64,000 bases of DNA from Camelus ferus (Eukaryota): contig NC_045697.1 of the NCBI RefSeq assembly GCF_009834535.1, forward strand, positions 108,998,001 to 109,062,000, given 5' to 3'. The notes beneath the pieces are model-generated. The model did not search any database, was not told the origin of the DNA, and worked only from the letters and a program-made list of their open reading frames with translations. A program made the translations under genes and the position numbers. How positions within the stretch are numbered: position 1 is the stretch's first letter; every line of letters starts with the position of its first letter. This document shows, piece by piece, positions 61,713 through 64,000 of this stretch.

Positions 61713-64000
61713 AAGGGGTTTAATCAACTAGCACATGGTTTCTTGCCTGCTGACACTTGACCCTGACACTGACGAGGAGGACACGGGCTGCACACTCATC
61801 TATGCTGTTAGAAGTCAGCTGAGTGCTGACCCCCTAGGAGGTGGGCGGGGACCCGAAAGGGACACGCCTAGCTTCTGCAGTCTGAGAATGTTCTGAAATT
61901 TGATCAGGGTGTTGACCATATGGGTACGTGGAGTTCGTGAATATTCATCCTTACGATATATGCAGTTTTCCTTGTGTATGTATATGGTGCTTTGATCATA
62001 AAAAGCCGGGCTACACAGGATTTGGGGGCATTAATGGTATACGCCCACCTCGAAGGCGGCTCCTTGGAGAAGCTCCCCGACACTCAGCGTTCATCCCCCT
62101 CTCTCAGGACAGTTATCATCAGAAACCTCCACCAACCACCCACGTTAATACCCTGTTCAGTTTTCCTGTCAGCAGGTTTATGGGTCTGTGGGTTCCAGCA
62201 AATTTGTTAATATCAACACAGTGTACCCATACTGTGTGGGGCTTCTAGCCGTGCCATGGGCAAGGTGAAGGCTGAACGGGCTGTGGGAGAGGCAGGTCCT
62301 TTAAAGGCTCGCTCCTCCCGCCTTCAGCACTACGATGATATCATTTCCTCCAAACAGGATTCACTCCTATTAAAACCCTGTCCAGGTTCTGCACTTACCT
62401 GCCCAGGTGAGTCGATGAGCTCATCTGCGCTTTGAGACAGTTGTCCTGGAAAGAGGAAAACAACACTAAACAACAAAGATAAAGCAGTACATGAGCCTCC
62501 CATCTCCCTAGGAGGTTTTCACCTTGAACTCCACACAGGGAGGCCCATTCACGCCAGGGCATTACTTCAGACTGGGCGCCCCTGTGCTAAGACAAACACA
62601 GCCAAGCCCTTTAAACAAACACTCTGGGAGGCTGGGTTGAGCGGTCAGAACATGGAACTGGACAGAGTGGGACACGGGGTGCCAGCCAGGGGCTAGAACC
62701 TGCTTCAAATCTTTCTCTTGCCATCTAAGTGCTGTGCAGCTGGGGCAGCTCCAATGCCCTCTCTGGGCCTTGGATCCCTCAACCCTGAAGTGGGAAATTG
62801 AATTGGGATTAATTCCTATGGCCCCTGGAAAAAATGAAATGAAATCACCCCGCCCATGTGAAGCATCCTTAGTCAGGGTTTTTACTGGTTGGTTGGTTGG
62901 TTTTATACTGTCTTGCTCTGTGTTGGACCTCAGGAGCGGAGGATAAAGCTGACCATACTCAGTCTTGGAGCACAATTATCATCAGTCTGTGCAAAGCCCT
63001 TTCATGCTGGATACTATTTTGGCCCCTCAACTGTAATCTCCACTCCCACTCTGTCTTCTCAGTAGCCCACCCCATGATGTATTTGACGTCTGTTCTTAGA
63101 TGTGTGTGTTTATGTGTGTGTGTGTATCTATATGTCTGTCTACACATAGATTCCATGGCTTTGGACATGTATTTTTAATTGACATAAGTGACTTTGAATC
63201 TCATCCTGTTTTTACTCTGCTCTCTGTTTTTATTTTCCTTCCACGTTGCCATGTGTACATCTAGGTTGCTAATTCTTACTGATGCACGGAAGTCCCTAGG
63301 ATGTGGCTGCCTCATTGTTCTGGTCCGGCCCCCTACTGATGGACACCCATGTCACCGCAAGCAGCACCACAGTGAACATTTCCACAAACAGCCCCTTAAA
63401 GCCCTAGGAGAGCATTTCTCGGGACTGCCCTGCACAGAGTCGGTGTATAGTCACTGCCGTAGGTCCTGCCAGATTGCTCTGGGGTGGGACAGGAGGCAGC
63501 TGCACAGGGCTGGCGGGGGAGGGTGGGGGTGGCCTGGAGAAGGGCCTGTGAACAAGGGCGTCGTTCTGCTGAGTTGTCTGGTGCTGACTCTGGATTCCCG
63601 TCTCTGGGGAAGGCGCATCTTTCATTGATTGACTCCGATTTTCAGAGCCAAGGTGTCCCTTCCCTTCACAGCCCGCACCATGGTTTGTAACTCAATATGA
63701 TTTGATTTACAGTTTGATTGTCTCCTCTCTTCCTACACTGCAGTTCTCCAAGGGAAGGCACCCGTCGGTCTGGGGTGAGGGGAGAGAGGCGTCTAGGGCA
63801 CAAAAGTTAAGGAGGCCTCACCCTCTGGTGCTGGCCTGCACGTGTCTGACCTGAGACCGGGTCTTCCTTACCTTATCCTAGACCCTGCCCTGACCATAGT
63901 TACTTTTGCCTTAGAAAAGCTTTTGACTTCAAGTTTAGCAACTAACCTGGTCTCTTCCTGGCTCTTCTCCCCACCCCTCCTTTCCTTTCACTGGGTGCCC

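Noticed and set aside
1..64000. CRISPR arrays, operons, rRNA or another novel multi-gene system
   Set aside because: The sequence is a spliced mammalian locus. I saw no regularly spaced repeat arrays, foreign-composition inserts or unexplained long ORFs, although reading by eye could miss small ncRNAs.

Overview
Mammalian genomic DNA, most likely a camelid (alpaca/camel lineage), judged from nine copies of a tRNA-Ala-like SINE resembling the camelid Vic-1 family. The window holds one complete + strand gene, FHDC1 (inverted formin INF1). I assembled 11 coding exons by hand (20753..51636), all with GT-AG introns and consistent phases, giving 3381 nt / 1126 aa: N-terminal polyproline FH1, FH2, and a long basic disordered tail. 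Its CpG-island promoter (~14.0-16.5 kb) has two candidate non-coding first exons, and the poly(A) signal is at 53875. The first ~1.4 kb looks like the end of an upstream gene's 3' UTR (ARFIP1 by recalled human synteny only). The rest is intron/intergenic sequence with SINEs, L1 fragments, MIRs, DNA transposon fossils and a solo LTR. I found no convincing previously undescribed biological system. The most notable items are a uORF-loaded 5' leader, a three-element nested transposon, two SINE copies rearranged at the same position, and an antisense bias of intragenic SINEs. Repeat family names come from recall of consensus sequences, not from a search.
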